From NCBI RefSeq assembly GCF_009914755.1, contig NC_060925.1: a DNA stretch of 64,000 nucleotides. One strand, written 5' to 3'. The notes beneath the pieces were generated by a model. It made no database searches and was not told the DNA's origin. It saw only the letters and a list, made by a program, of their open reading frames with translations. This DNA is from the human T2T-CHM13v2.0 reference genome, Homo sapiens. Shown piece after piece: positions 52,366 through 64,000 of this stretch (within the stretch, counting starts at the first letter, position 1; every line of letters starts with the position of its first letter). Position numbers and translations under genes: made by a program.

Positions 52366-53820
52366 AGCTCTTCACCATGACATCATGTTGGTCCCAGCCT
52401 ACAGCCATCATCTCCCAGACGATCCACCCCTGGAGAGTCATCCCTGGGCTAGAAAGAGAAAGCTGGAAGACAAGCAGCGCCAGGTCAACCTCTGGCCTCA
52501 AAATACAGAGCAGCTTCTCCAGGCAGCTTGGGACTTTGAGACATCTAAACTCGCTCCTAAGACAGGAAGTCTGAAAAGGAGCTGAGACCAGAGGCAAGAG
52601 TATAGCACAGAGCCTGGGTCCTGGCCCTGCAGAGGCGCTGGATGGGGCAGGGCCAGGGAGGTAGCAGGGAAACACAGCACAGCTGACCTGGGGCCTTGTA
52701 TCTTGAGCCTAAGAGGCCAGAATGCTCATCGGGCACAGCCCAGGCTCTTCCTCTTGGAAGTCACTAGAAGCTGCCTCGACCCGGAGATAGGGAGCTGAAA
52801 GCCCAGGTCTAGTTTCATGCCCCCAACCAGCTAAGGGGAAAGGGTGCCTCACTTGGGAGCCCCACAAGTGGCTGCGGTTCTCCGACCTCACAAATTCAGC
52901 CTGTACCTATCTGTTCTCTCCCAGCCTCCACCCCAATCCCTGCCCTTTCTGGAACCTGCCAGAGGTTGGGACAAACAGCAGCACCAATGCTCTAGAGATC
53001 GCTCCAAGAAGCTGGGGAAGGTTTGGAGGGCGCAGCGGCAAGAGCCTAGAAAGGGACTCTGAAGCCACTAGAGACGGAGCCCTGGGGTTAGGAAGCCCGT
53101 GACCACTGCTGCACCAGTGGGACCAAGAATCCCACAGCCCAGACAAAGGTGCCTGTGGCTCTGCCTGTCTCCCCACACCATCGCTGCCTTGGGAAGAAAA
53201 AGCTTGCTCTCTTTAGATTGACGAGAGCAGACTGATCTTGTTCCTGAGCTTTTCCACGCATTTCTTTTTCCTTGTTGGTAATGAAAAAAAACAACAAAAG
53301 TCGACTCAGGGCTTAGCCCTCAAGGAAAAAGGCCTGGGGGAGTTAGTGTTTCACTGCCTTCCTTAGCTTTGTTATGACACTAGCAATCCATGTTCATTGA
53401 TGAAAACTTAGAACCTTCAGAACAGACAGGAATAATTTTAAATTAAAATAGCTTCAAGGCCTGACACTCAAAGTTAACCACAGCTAATATTTTGGTTTTT
53501 TAAAAAAAAAAAATCTTTCTAAAGATAAATACAACTAGGGATCTCCTAGAGGGCCCCGGAGATCTGGCCTCCTTTCCAGGAGCCTGGGTTCCTCAGCTCT
53601 GAGTCAGGCTGGTATCTGACTTTTGCTGTCAGCGTCTGCATTGGTCTCGGGGAGGAGCTTTTGCATGAGGCCTGGGATGTGCCCTCACAGTGGCTGGTCC
53701 TGGGAAAGATGGTGGCGTGCCCTATTGACAGATGGGAATACCGAGGCCAGGAAACTTGCACCAAGTCAGTGAGAAAGGCAGAATTGGAATTAGAAAACCA
53801 CATAGCTATTGAATGAATGA

Positions 53821-53855
53821 ACTGTTTCTTGGCCTTTTGGCTAAGATCAAATGTA
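53821..53855 (+). pseudogene. 3'-truncated U2 snRNA pseudogene fragment (nt 1-35)
   Basis: ACTGTTTCTTGGCCTTTTGGCTAAGATCAAATGTA vs U2 ATCGCTTCTCGGCCTTTTGGCTAAGATCAAGTGTA: 30/35, ungapped. Confidence 0.9.
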
Positions 53856-53869
53856 AAGGAATGAAAGGA

Positions 53870-53926
53870 TGGATGAATGAATGAATGAATGAATGAATGA
53901 ATGAATGAATGAAGTGAGTGAATGAA
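53870..53926 (+). repeat. (GAAT)n microsatellite
   Basis: Read directly. Confidence 0.95.
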
Positions 53927-54033
53927 GAATAATTATGCTGTACTCCATCCTGAAGCAGCTGACAATGTCTGTGAGAATGTGTTCCATGCCTTCTGTTCCC
54001 CTGTGTAGGGTAGAAACTCCTGCACAGGGTTGG

Positions 54034-54095
54034 TGCCAGTAACTAGTCATGCCAGTAACTAGTCATGCCAGTAACTAGTCATGCCAGTAACTAGT
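54034..54095 (+). repeat. 16-bp perfect tandem repeat (TGCCAGTAACTAGTCA) x3.9
   Basis: Copies at 54034, 54050, 54066, 54082. Confidence 0.98.
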
Positions 54096-54529
54096 GACAC
54101 CCAGGGAAGTCAGCTCACTGCTTGCAGCATCTGCTTCCTAGCAACTAACCAGGAGTTTCTGCCAAGCCCTGCCCATCCCACGGGTCTGTTGTGGATATGG
54201 AATGAAGGGGGCCTCCATAAAACTCATAGAAAGGTCAGGACAGCCTACAGAAGTCCAGGATAGCTCTTGGAGTCAAGAGGACCTCATGGCGGGGAGGAGT
54301 GGGGCAGAGATGGGCATGGGGCAGGCTTGCTCAAGGTCCCTGTGACCTTGGACATTCCTCCACCTGCTTCTCTGCATGGCATGGGCTGGGTCTGCATCTC
54401 TCCTCTTGTGTGAGCTGGGGCTCTCTGTCCTCTCGGTGCATACCATGTGGGAATCTGGCCCCAGTAATGACGCATACCTCCTGGCCTTGCACTGACCCCG
54501 TGCGACAGTACCCGCTCGCTGAGCCCCCA

Positions 54530-54670
54530 CAGAACCCTTCGAGGTAGAAAACATTGTTGTCACAGACAAGGAACTTGAGGCACAGAGAGCTTAAGTAACT
54601 TAACCTGAGCTCACACCACATGGAAGTGAAGGATCTAGGATTTGCACCGTGCAGGCAGGCCCCGAGTCCA
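54530..54670 (-). mobile_element. MIR
   Basis: ACAGACAAGGAACTTGAGGCACAGAGAGCTTAAGTAACTT...CTAGGATTTGCACC. Confidence 0.85.
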
Positions 54671-54737
54671 CGTTCCCTGCTCCTCTGTGATACTTCTGCT
54701 GTCTATGGGTTAAAAACATTCACTTATGGGCCCCACT

Positions 54738-54915
54738 GGCTGGATGTAGCTCCCAGATCTGCTGGCTACAAGCTCTTGACCTCAGACAAGGAACCTTAAC
54801 ATCTCTATCTGTAAAATGGGGCAAAGCAGTCACTCCCTTATAAAGATGTGGTTGGGTTTTTAATGGAAATGGTGTAATGTAAAGCCCATCACATAGTAGG
54901 TGTTTGATAAATGGC
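54738..54915 (+). mobile_element. MIR
   Basis: TGACCTCAGACAAG..CTTAACATCTCT ATCTGTAAAATGGGG...ATGTAAAGC...CACATAGTAGGTGTTTGATAAATG. Confidence 0.85.
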
Positions 54916-55599
54916 GACCATGACCAGGATAAAGTGTAACCCAGAAGTGAGGCTGTCCTGGGAGGCCACATGCTGGCAACATATCCAGAAAAGGCTGGAT
55001 AAGAAGCTTCCTGCACAGGTGGGCATTCTTGGAGGGGCATCTGCTGCCCGTGCCCAGCATGCTCCCCTGCCACCGACCAGGAGCTGAGTGGGGTCTCTCT
55101 GGGGCCCAGCAGAGGTTGACTTCCCTGTACCCGGGGAGGGCTCGTCAGCTCCACCCACAGCCCTTGCTACCCTCCCTTCTCTGGCACCTCGGCACCCTGC
55201 CCAGACCCCTCTGCCCACCTGTGGCTGCCACCCACACAGAAAGATGCAGATGTGTGTGGGCACAGCCCGTGCACAGCCACCTTGGCCTCAGGCTACAGCT
55301 GGCCCCAGCTCGTCCTCCTCCCTCCTTGATACAAACTTAACCAGAGCTTCATGAAAGGAACCGAGGCTAATAATTTAAGAAGTAATTTGTTATTAGTGTG
55401 GCACTGATGCACTGAGCTGACCGAAGTGCCTTTCAGCAGATTATTATTAAATATTAAGTCTATTGATTCGAGGCAGAGCGGCACTCTGGTCGGTCCCTAG
55501 CAGCTGGGGACATGCATTTGTTTCGGTGATTTATGGAAATCAAGCCACTCCAGGGAGCCTCACAAATGTCGCTGTCCACTGTAACCCAGGTATCCTCCC

Positions 55600-55730
55600 A
55601 GCAGTCCCGGGGGTGGGTTATAGATGAGGGAGGGTCTGAGAAGTTAAGGAAGCTGCCCGAGGCTGCACAGCAGCTAGGTGAAAAAACCAGGATTCAAACT
55701 TGGATCTATCTGAGTCAAGTCTCTGCCACT
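55600..55730 (-). mobile_element. MIR fragment
   Basis: TTATAGATGAGG...GAGAAGTTAAG..CTGCCCGAGG...CCAGGATTCAAACT. Confidence 0.75.
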
Positions 55731-55886
55731 TTGAAGCTGCATATGGAGCACACAGTAGGGACTCATCACATGTGCATTATTATTATTATCATCTTTCCCT
55801 CCCAAACGTCAGCTCCATAGCCATAGATCAGAATGTGGATTTTTTTTTTTAATTTACTAAAGTATGTCCAGCACTGTGAGCTCTTG

Positions 55887-56191
55887 TTTTTTTTTTTTTT
55901 TTTTTTTGAGACTGAGTCTTGCTCTTGTCGCCCAGGCTAGAGTGCAATGTGCAATCTCAGCTCACTGCAACCTCTGCCTCCCGGGTTCAAGCAATTCTCC
56001 TGCCTCAGCCTCCCCCAAGTAGCTGGGATTATAGGCATCTGCCACCATGCCCGGCTAATTTTTGTATTTTTAGAAGAGACGGGGTTTCACCATGTTGGCC
56101 AGGCTGGTCTCAAACTCCTGACCTCAGGTGATCTGTCTGCCTCGGCCTCCCAAAATGCTGAGATTACAGGCATGAGCCACCGCGCCTGGCC
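55887..56191 (-). mobile_element. AluS
   Basis: T21 tail, full antisense dimer ending CGCGCCTGGCC. Confidence 0.97.
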
Positions 56192-56364
56192 AGTAACCTC
56201 TTAATATGCTCAATAAATGTTAAGATGAAGGGATGGAAGCATGGATGGGAGGGAGGGAGGGAGGGAAGGAGGGAAGGTGGGAATAGTAAAGTCCCGGTGA
56301 GAGCAAAGAGTGACCTAAGAGTCACTTTTCCTGCCTTGTTGTCACTGTGCCTCCACCGAAGTCT

Positions 56365-56525
56365 CAGAGTCTGTGATGTTCTTACCTCTCCATGCCTCAC
56401 GCTCTTCACCTGTAAAATGGGCTGAGTCATCACAGTGCCACCTCACAGACTCGCTGGGGGTTCCATGAGCAAATGCATGCAGACCTGCTGAGTGCTTTGC
56501 CAGGCAAGGTGGGCCTCAGTGTCAA
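56365..56525 (+). mobile_element. MIR fragment
   Basis: ACCTCTCCATGCCTCACGCTCTTCACCTGTAAAATGGG...CCACCTCACAG. Confidence 0.75.
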
Positions 56526-57373
56526 CCACCATCCTTACTCGAAAAACCTGCAGAGGGGACTCCTGAGCACCTCGTTCCCCAGACTCCGGGAGAGGAACCC
56601 CAAGTCCAGGAAGGAGATCTCCAGGAAGGAGATCAATTCTGGCCCACTACGGGTCTCAGACCAGAAGCAGGCCTGAGAGAAGTGTGCCCGGATCCCCTAG
56701 GCTGGGGGACCCAGAGGAGAGGAGCCTCCCTCTCGCCAGGTCCACTCCCAGCCCCTCCCTCTACCTCTTTGTTCCTTAAAGTCTTGAAGTTGAGCTGCCT
56801 CCAGAAGCGCAGAGCTTCTGAGAACAGCATCACTGAATAAACAGTCCTTCCATGCCGTGCCTGTGGTCCACAGAGCGGCTGAGACTTCAGAGGACTATGA
56901 CGGGGCAGGTTGCCCTGTGAGCTGGTCAGGTGGTCCTGTTCCACTTCTCTGGGTGTCCATCTGGGGCGGCCACAGAACCTTTGGGCTGAATGTTGGCTTT
57001 TGAACAGATAGTAATTTTTTTCTAACGCACCTACAAAATGCCCCAAACTGCTGGCGTTCTTGAGGCTTCACACCATGCTAGTCCTTTAGATGTTCAATAC
57101 CATGAAGGAAATGAAAGCAGTGGAAGAAAGGCAGAGAGGAAGGGGCAGGGGCGGCGAATGAGTGACAGAAAAGGAGGCAGGTGACTCCAGCGGTACCTGG
57201 AGGCTCCCGGGCCCACCCGAGCCCTAAGCTGCAGCCCTTGGGACGTCTCCATTGAGCCAGTCCTTCCTGTGTGGCCTTCGGATTCTTGGTGGAGGGGACA
57301 TTCTTGCACACTAGTGCCCTCAAGTCAGGACTGCCACTCACCCTCCGAGGTGGCCATCTTCTCAGCTTCTTTC

Positions 57374-57640
57374 ATTTCTTTCTATTTTTTTTTTAGAGAC
57401 AGATTTCACTCTGTTGCCCAGACTGGAGTGCAGTGGTATAGTCACAGCACACCGCAGCCTCCTGGGCTCAAGTGATCCTCCCACCTCAGCCTCCCAAGTA
57501 TCTGGGACTACAGGCACACACCCCTGTGCCCAGCTAATTTTTATTTTATGTTTGTTTTAGGGACGGGGCTCTTACCATGTTGCCCAGGTTGGTCTTGAAC
57601 TCCTGGGCTCAATCAATCCTCCCATTTCGGCCCCCCGAGT
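57374..57640 (-). mobile_element. AluJ, 5'-truncated
   Basis: CCTGGGCTCAAGTGATCCTCCCACC, TTGCCCAGGTTGG; TSD TCAGCTTCTTTC at 57362-57373 and 57641-57652. Confidence 0.93.
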
Positions 57641-58705
57641 TCAGCTTCTTTCTTTAATCCATCACTTAGGCCACAGATATTTACCAGTCAGGTATTGAAA
57701 CTTACAAAAAGCATAGGGCTTGGCAACCTCCCTCTTCTCCCTGGAGTTGAAGGCAGTACCTGCCTCCCCATCAGCCTGGTAGTGACTGTTTACGATGGGT
57801 GCCCAATCGCTGATAGAAGAATGAATGAGTGGATGGATCAAGGGAGATTTAATCCATGCTGGAGAAGAAGAAAGAAAGGGAAGGAACACAGAAAGAGAAA
57901 CAGGCCAGCAGGGCCCCACGTGCTGAATGTCAAAGGGTGGAATGGACCCTGGGGCCCCAAAGAGTTCAGGACAGAAGACTCTTATTGGACCAGTGCAGGT
58001 GGCGGCTTTTTGGGAAGGGTGGGATTTCATCTGGAACAAGAGATGGGAGGCCCAGGTGGGAGTTGAGGGTCCCAATAATTAGTACGTTGTTTTCCCTGCC
58101 TGAGTTCTGAACCTACTGAGAGAAACAAGAGTAAGGCAGTTGGAGGTACACTCCTGGGTTAATTCCTCCAGCGCTGTGGTGCCCGGGTGCTGGGCAGCAG
58201 TGGGGATGTGCCCAGGAGTCTCCCTCCAGCGTCCCCAGTCAGTCGGGGGGCACCCCTCCCCTGCTGCACGTGCCGGATGGGTCCCGAGCCTCCCTCCAGG
58301 GGCAGGCCCTTCCCTGCCGGGCTCCACTCCAGGCTCCACTGAGGTAGGGCACAGGCCGGCTGTGCCCTCTGCAGGCAGCTGACAGAAGAGAGGGAGGTGG
58401 GCCAGGGTTACCTGCCCTGCCCTCAAACTAAGGAATCAAGAGAGACCCTCCTGGCACCAAGCAGCTGGGGCTGAAGAAGGGCTGGGTCCTTACTCTTGAC
58501 CTCTGATAGCTTTATCCCCAAAGAAGGAACTGCCAAGAGGGACCAAGGGCTACTCCGAAGGGAGGTAGAGGTGGGGTGTCCCTGCAGCAGGAAGCACGGA
58601 GTCACATCCTCTCCCTACTGAGTGTGTCAGAGAGGCTGGGGGTGTGGACAGTTGGGGTCTGGGGCTCCTGGACTTCTCCAGCTGGACTAGACATTAGAAA
58701 ACGTC

Positions 58706-59013
58706 GGCCGGGCACGGTGGCTCACGCCTGTAATCCCAGCACTTTGGGAGGTCGAAGTGGGCAGATCACTTGAGGTCAGGAGTTTGAGACCAGCCTGGCC
58801 AACATGGTGAAACCCTGTCTCTACTAAAAATATAAAAATTAGCCGGGCATGGTGGTGTGCACCTGTAATCCCAGCTACTCGGGAGGCTGAGGCAGGAGAA
58901 TCTCTTGAACCCTGGGAGGCAGAGGTTGCAGTAAGCCGCAGTCACACCACTGCACTCTAGCCTGGATGACAGAGCGAGACCTTGTCCCCCCAAAAAAAAA
59001 TGAAAAGAAAAAA
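58706..59013 (+). mobile_element. AluS (Sz-like)
   Basis: GATCACTTGAGGTCAGGAG; TSD AGAAAACGTC at 58696-58705 and 59014-59023. Confidence 0.96.
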
Positions 59014-61189
59014 AGAAAACGTCCAGGCTTCTTCCCTTGAAGCCAGGAGCAGGGCCCTTCTGGATGCCGCATGGTCAAGCCTCATCTACTGTACCTGGAG
59101 CCTTCTCCTGACCCTGAACCCTGCCCTTGCCCAGCCTGGCTCTCCTGGGGGCTCATGGGACTCCTGAGGCCCCTCCCATCACCGGTCACCCCGCCCGCCA
59201 GGCCCCTGGCAGCCTCATATCTGCCAATACAAAGCCATACATCTTGGTGTGTGACAAATCACTTTTTAATTGCCTGAAGGAAGAAATCCATTAGTCTTTC
59301 CTTTCCGTGAGAAACATCATAACGTTCAGCAGAGCCCAGGCTGGCTGGAGGCCGAGGCTGGGGGCCGCGGGGCTATTTTTAGTTTGCGTCAACATCCCCC
59401 TCCAAGCATCCATTCTAGAAAGGGAGGAATTAAATCTTCCTGACACCCCGGGGCCACACGGGGAGAGCTTGCTGCAGACCCGGGGAGGAGAAGCCACTGT
59501 GGATGGAGTGTTATTTGTCCAAATGAATTTGTGTCACGTTTCACAAAAAATCTGCTTCCCTGTAAACAAGTGGCAGTCCTCACCCTCCTAGGCAGCTGAG
59601 GCCCAGCCCTGTGGGGTGGCACTACCTGCTCCCCACCTCCCCGGCCAGCCCACACCCTCTGTCTTTGTCTGGCATGTCCTCGGCGGCACGGGCTGTGGCC
59701 GCAGAAGGCCAGCAGCTGTCCAGGGTCACAGCAGTGGACGTTCGGGCCGAGGGGAGCTGAGGCCACGGCGGGGGCTCCTCACTCCTCCTTCCTAAGACCA
59801 CAGGGGGCAGAGTTGGGGCCTGGGGGGCTGCTGCTGGGTCAGTTTGGGGTTCCACTAGCAGTCCTCAACTTTAGAGAAAGGCCAGCGAAAGTGAGGTTTA
59901 TGGCTTGTCCCTGAGGCTGCCTTGGGGCCAGAGGAAGTGGGTTTGCCTTTTGCCTGGTACAGATGACTCTGTCTCGATTTTGAAAAAGATGCAGAAAGAA
60001 GGAAAGAAAGTGGAGGGCAGAGGGAAGGGAAGAGGAGGGGAAGGGAGTGAAGGAGAGAGGAGGGGAGGGGAGGGCTAGGAAGATCCCATCCAAAAAAGGG
60101 GAGTCAAGGGAGATGGCTGGGATGTGGACACCACAGGCCGCCCGCCCCACCCCGGGCCAGCCACCCACAGGCCGTTGAGGCAGCAAGGCCGGCAGGTCCA
60201 TGCCAGGGGTGAGAGCTGAGTCCAAAGGAGGAACTCAGTGAGTTTCAATGAATGAATGAACGAATGACTCTGGTGACAAGGGGCTCTGATTGGCCAGCAT
60301 GTGTCTTCTGAAGTCAGGCACCCCTGGCAGGGCCCCCGGTCCTCTGGGGCGATGCCTGCTGAGGGCTGGGAGCTCTTCCTTGGGCTGGGGAAGCTGCAGT
60401 GCCCAGGGAGTGCCGCCCGCCTCCACCCCCAGGTCTTTTCCTGAAGAAAGCCTGCTGGTGTGCAGGGGCAGGCTCAATCTTTACGTCAGACAGAGTATGT
60501 GGGCTCAGGACCTGCCCTGTGACATGGTCCTAAAGTAAAACTTGGAGGGGCTCTGGGACGTCTGGGCTGCGAGCATGGCCCAGTCACCCGCTAGAGATGG
60601 GCAAAGCTGCGCTTTCTCAGTGCAGCTTCTGTACCCGGGAAACCTCAGCACTTTCTTGGGTGCAGGACTGGAGACGAGTGGCCACTTGCAAGCTGGAGAA
60701 GACCTTGGAATATGTCACTGATGCAAACACAGGAGACTTGGCTGAAGACCACACCTCCTGAACCTCACCTGGCAGGTTTAATAGACAGCCACCTAGTATT
60801 GTCACCTCTCTGTGGCCACCACCCTGGGACACAACCTATGACCCCAGGAGGTGATACCTCAGCCAGTCCCTGTACTTTGAGACCCACAGGCACCTTTCAA
60901 AGAGGCTTCTACCCCACAGGAACCTGGGGCGCTGCCACAGGTGTGAAAATGTTTTAGCAAGGGAAGCCCACAGTGGGTGAGCTCCGGTCTTTTTGCTGTT
61001 GTTGTTTGAATCAGAACAAAATGCACTACACGATTATTTCTGTGCATGAAATGCAAGGTTGCCAAGTTTAGGTTCCACCTGATGCTAATAACCTTAATTG
61101 TAAATCCTTTATGTATAGACTTGGGCTATAACAACCTCCTCGTGGCATTAAACTAAACGCTGACAAAGGTAGAGTGGGCCAAGCATCCC

Positions 61190-61231
61190 TGGCAGCCCCC
61201 AGAGGTGACATGGCAGCCCCCAGAGGTGACA
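61190..61231 (+). repeat. 21-bp perfect tandem duplication TGGCAGCCCCCAGAGGTGACA
   Basis: Copies 61190-61210 and 61211-61231, followed by partial TTCCAGCCCCC. Confidence 0.97.
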
Positions 61232-63171
61232 TTCCAGCCCCCGTCATCGTGTGTATTAAGTGACAGGGCTCATAAAACCCCACAGCTCCTTTCCCCACCC
61301 CTTGCAGTCTGGCTCCCAGAGGGGCAGATAGTTGGAGATTCTCATGCAAAATAAATTGCTCTGCACTTTCATTAAAAAGTAACTGCAACTGACTCAGCAC
61401 TTTCAGGGTGAGCGGCAGGGAGGGGCTTTGTGGCAAAATCAAAGGACGGGGAGGAGGTGCCTGCCCCTGGGTTCACTCTGCGTCCCTGCCGCTGCAGCCT
61501 GCCCTTTGCTGTGGGTTCGGTTTCTCTGCATCCTAGTCCCAAGTCTGTGACCATTGGGTGTCCTTAAACAGGCAGCTGGAGATCCCAGAATTTGGATCAT
61601 GATTTTACTGGAGCTGGGCAGGCCTTGACAGGGGCTCTAGCCCAGGGTTCCCTATTCTGGAACAAAACTAGGACCGGGCAGGGCTGCTGGGGGCAGGGAC
61701 GGGGCTGGGACACCGGCCCCTGGGTCCAGCGAGTGTGTGAAGGGCTGCCTCCATGGTGCACTGGGCTGAGGTGTGGACGCAGGGCTTTCTGCACGGCAGG
61801 CGCGACGCTCATTTAAATAGCAGATCCGACCAAGGCCTTCCCTCTGCTCCACCCGCGGAGTGCTGCCCCGCTGCCTGCAGCCTGAAGCCCTAACCCTCTA
61901 AAGAGTCCCCTGAGCTACTCCAGGGATCCCAGCTGGCCAAGGTCTCACTGACCCCAGGCATCAACTCTGGTGGCTCCTGCCCCCAGTGATCTCTCGTCCC
62001 CCTCCCTGCCCACATCTTCCTCGTCCCTCTGCCATCTCAAGACATCACCTGCTCCAGAGAGCGTCCTGGACCAAGCATGGTCAGGAAGCCCTCGGCTTAG
62101 GCAGGGGCTCCCTGTCCAGTCAGGTAGCAGCCTCTGAGCAGGCAGCAGGTGACATTCATCTGCAGCTGTGGGCTACAGCGGGCGCCTCCTCCCCCACAGC
62201 TGAGAAATGCAGCATTCGGAGCTCGCAGGCATGTGGCCTAAGCAGGAGGGACGCATTGCCCCACGGTTTATGGGGCGAAGCATGATTGAGTGGATGGGGC
62301 ATCAGGGCTGTCTTTGGAAAGGACACCTTTCCTGTGATCCTTTGCCCGTCGGCAGCCAGTCCAAGCAAACACAGCCCCTGCTCCAGGCAGTCGGCAAAGT
62401 GGCCTCCCCCACACCATGAAGGACGCTTTGAGCCCCTGGGAGCAGCCAGCAGCCAGGTGCAGCCCCACCAGCTTCAGAGTGGGCAGGACAGAGAGGCCCC
62501 TGCCCGAGCAACAGCAGCAACACAGCCCTGGCTGCCAAGGTCCTAACAACCCTTCTCCAAAAGGCGTCTGTGCACAGCGGGGCTGACTCTCAGGCTGCCA
62601 CCAGCTGGAATGGGGTGGGGCTGAGCCCACGAGGCTGCCAGACCCTGGGGACGCTGGTCCTCAAGGCCTCTCTGCTGAAGGGCATCGGGATACAGGAGCT
62701 GGGGCAGGATCTTCCCTAGAAGCTTCTCAGCCCGTCCTCACTGATGAATCTCTTCCCTTAAAATGAATTTAGGTCCTTTAGCCCCAGACAAATAGACACA
62801 CTCTCTAGCCCCTGGAAGGAAATGAGATTTTAATTTGGGATGATTTTATTCAGCAAATGCCCCCAAACCATGCACTTTTCAAAGGGAAACTCCAGGTTCA
62901 GTCTCGCCTTTTGGGGATAGAAAAAAAGACTTTTTAAAATCTTTTTCATTCCCAGCTCAAACTGAGAAGGGAAAACCTGTTCCTCTCAAAGGGGTCTTTT
63001 CCTATTTTCTTCTACTTCAGAAAACAGTCTTTCCTCCTGTCTGACGTCGTGGCTCTAGGTTTTTCTCTGCTCTGTTCTTCATGGGCCCCTGCCTAATAAA
63101 TGTGTTACGATCAGAGGCAAGTTTACCACGGAGCTAATGATGCTCAAGCTTGGAGCCCTCATTTGCACGTG

Positions 63172-63368
63172 CAGTGTTGTGCTGGTAGCTGTTGAACAAC
63201 CAGCTCTCTAGGGGGAAAAGCCTGATCTGTGGCATTTGCCAATCTCCATAGTGCGAGTACTCCCACCACGGCCAATTCTCAGGCTACCAGCATGATGTCA
63301 TTGAGTGCAAAGTTGAGAGGAAAGATGTATAATTGGCTGTGATGAGTCAGTGCAAGCAGACATCAGCA
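63172..63368. mobile_element. MER63A-like hAT element
   Basis: CAGTGTTGTGCTGGTA...AACAACCAGCTCTC...CCTGATCTGTGGCATTTGCCAAT...TACTCCCACCACGGCC...GCTACCAGCATGATGTCATTGA. Confidence 0.85.
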
Positions 63369-63452
63369 GGCCAGGTCACAGGCTGTCTCCAGGCCCCTGC
63401 AACTGAATACACAAGGAGTTATGTATTCTTTTCATTAAAAAAAAAATACCCA

Positions 63453-63743
63453 GGCTGGGTGCAGTGTAATCCCAGCACTTTGGGGGGCCACAGCGGGGGG
63501 ATCACTTGAGCCCAGGAGTTTTGAGACCAGCCTGGGTAACATAGGAGACTTCGTCTCTACTAAAAAGAAATAAAATTAACCAGGTGTGATGGCAAGTGCT
63601 TGTAGTCCCAGCTACTAGGGAGGCTGAGGCAGGAAAATTCTTGGGCTCAGGACGCTGAGGCGGCAGTGAGCCATGATCACACTGCTGCACTCCAGCCTGG
63701 ACGACAGATCAAGACCAAGACCCTGTCTCTCAACAAAAAAAAA
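63453..63743 (+). mobile_element. AluJ
   Basis: CACTTGAGCCCAGGAG, CTGGGTAACATAGGAGAC, GAGCCATGATCAC; small deletion near the 5' end. Confidence 0.93.
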
Positions 63744-64000
63744 TGAACAAACTATATAGACCTCAGACCCCAACAAACTGAGTCTGCCTCATTACGATGT
63801 AGGGGTGGGGGTTCTTAAAGAGGTAGGGCGTGTGACCAGCTGACCAGCTGCCTCTCCATTGGTGGCCCTGCCCCAGGCTATGCTTAGACCAGGCAGCATA
63901 GAGCTATCAGTGTGGGTGAACCCACCTTTCTACTTTGACACTGGAGGAGCATGGAGTTTCCTGGCTTCCGGTCATTTGAACTTCCTGAAAATGTACCCAA

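Noticed and set aside
56605-56634. 15-bp tandem duplication TCCAGGAAGGAGATC x2
   Set aside because: Real but an ordinary micro-duplication with no supporting context.
61190-61231. CTCF motif in the 21-bp duplication
   Set aside because: CCCCCAGAGGTGAC misses the conserved GGC of CCASYAGRKGGCRS.

Overview
Primate (most likely human) GC-rich non-coding DNA. I recognise no protein-coding exon, tRNA, rRNA or CRISPR array, and the supplied ORFs look like chance or repeat-derived frames. The window holds 12 Alus (J, S and Y), many MIR and L2 relics, old L1 fragments, two MaLR LTRs, several hAT-type DNA transposons (MER53, 2x MER63, MER96B, MER5, MER113-like) and a 35-nt U2 snRNA pseudogene fragment. 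About 7 kb (~11%) is long complex simple or tandem repeat: two TG-rich arrays, three CA-rich arrays and a 1.67-kb almost purely pyrimidine tract. Shorter 11-, 16-, 21-, 38- and 83-bp tandem repeats also occur. Several short AT-rich, repeat-free islands dense in homeodomain, SOX, FOX or MEF2 motifs look like developmental enhancers. All L1 and LTR relics lie on the minus strand, suggesting, but not proving, a large intron of a plus-strand gene; I cannot name the locus. The most unusual observations are a 68-bp, 91%-identical inverted repeat matching no repeat I recognise (6493-7073), a ~25-copy UG/UGCAUG minisatellite ending next to a candidate 3' splice site, and the polypyrimidine tract. Repeat subfamily calls come from remembered consensus sequences, not a database search, and boundaries of old elements are approximate. 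I found no evidence strong enough to claim a new biological system.
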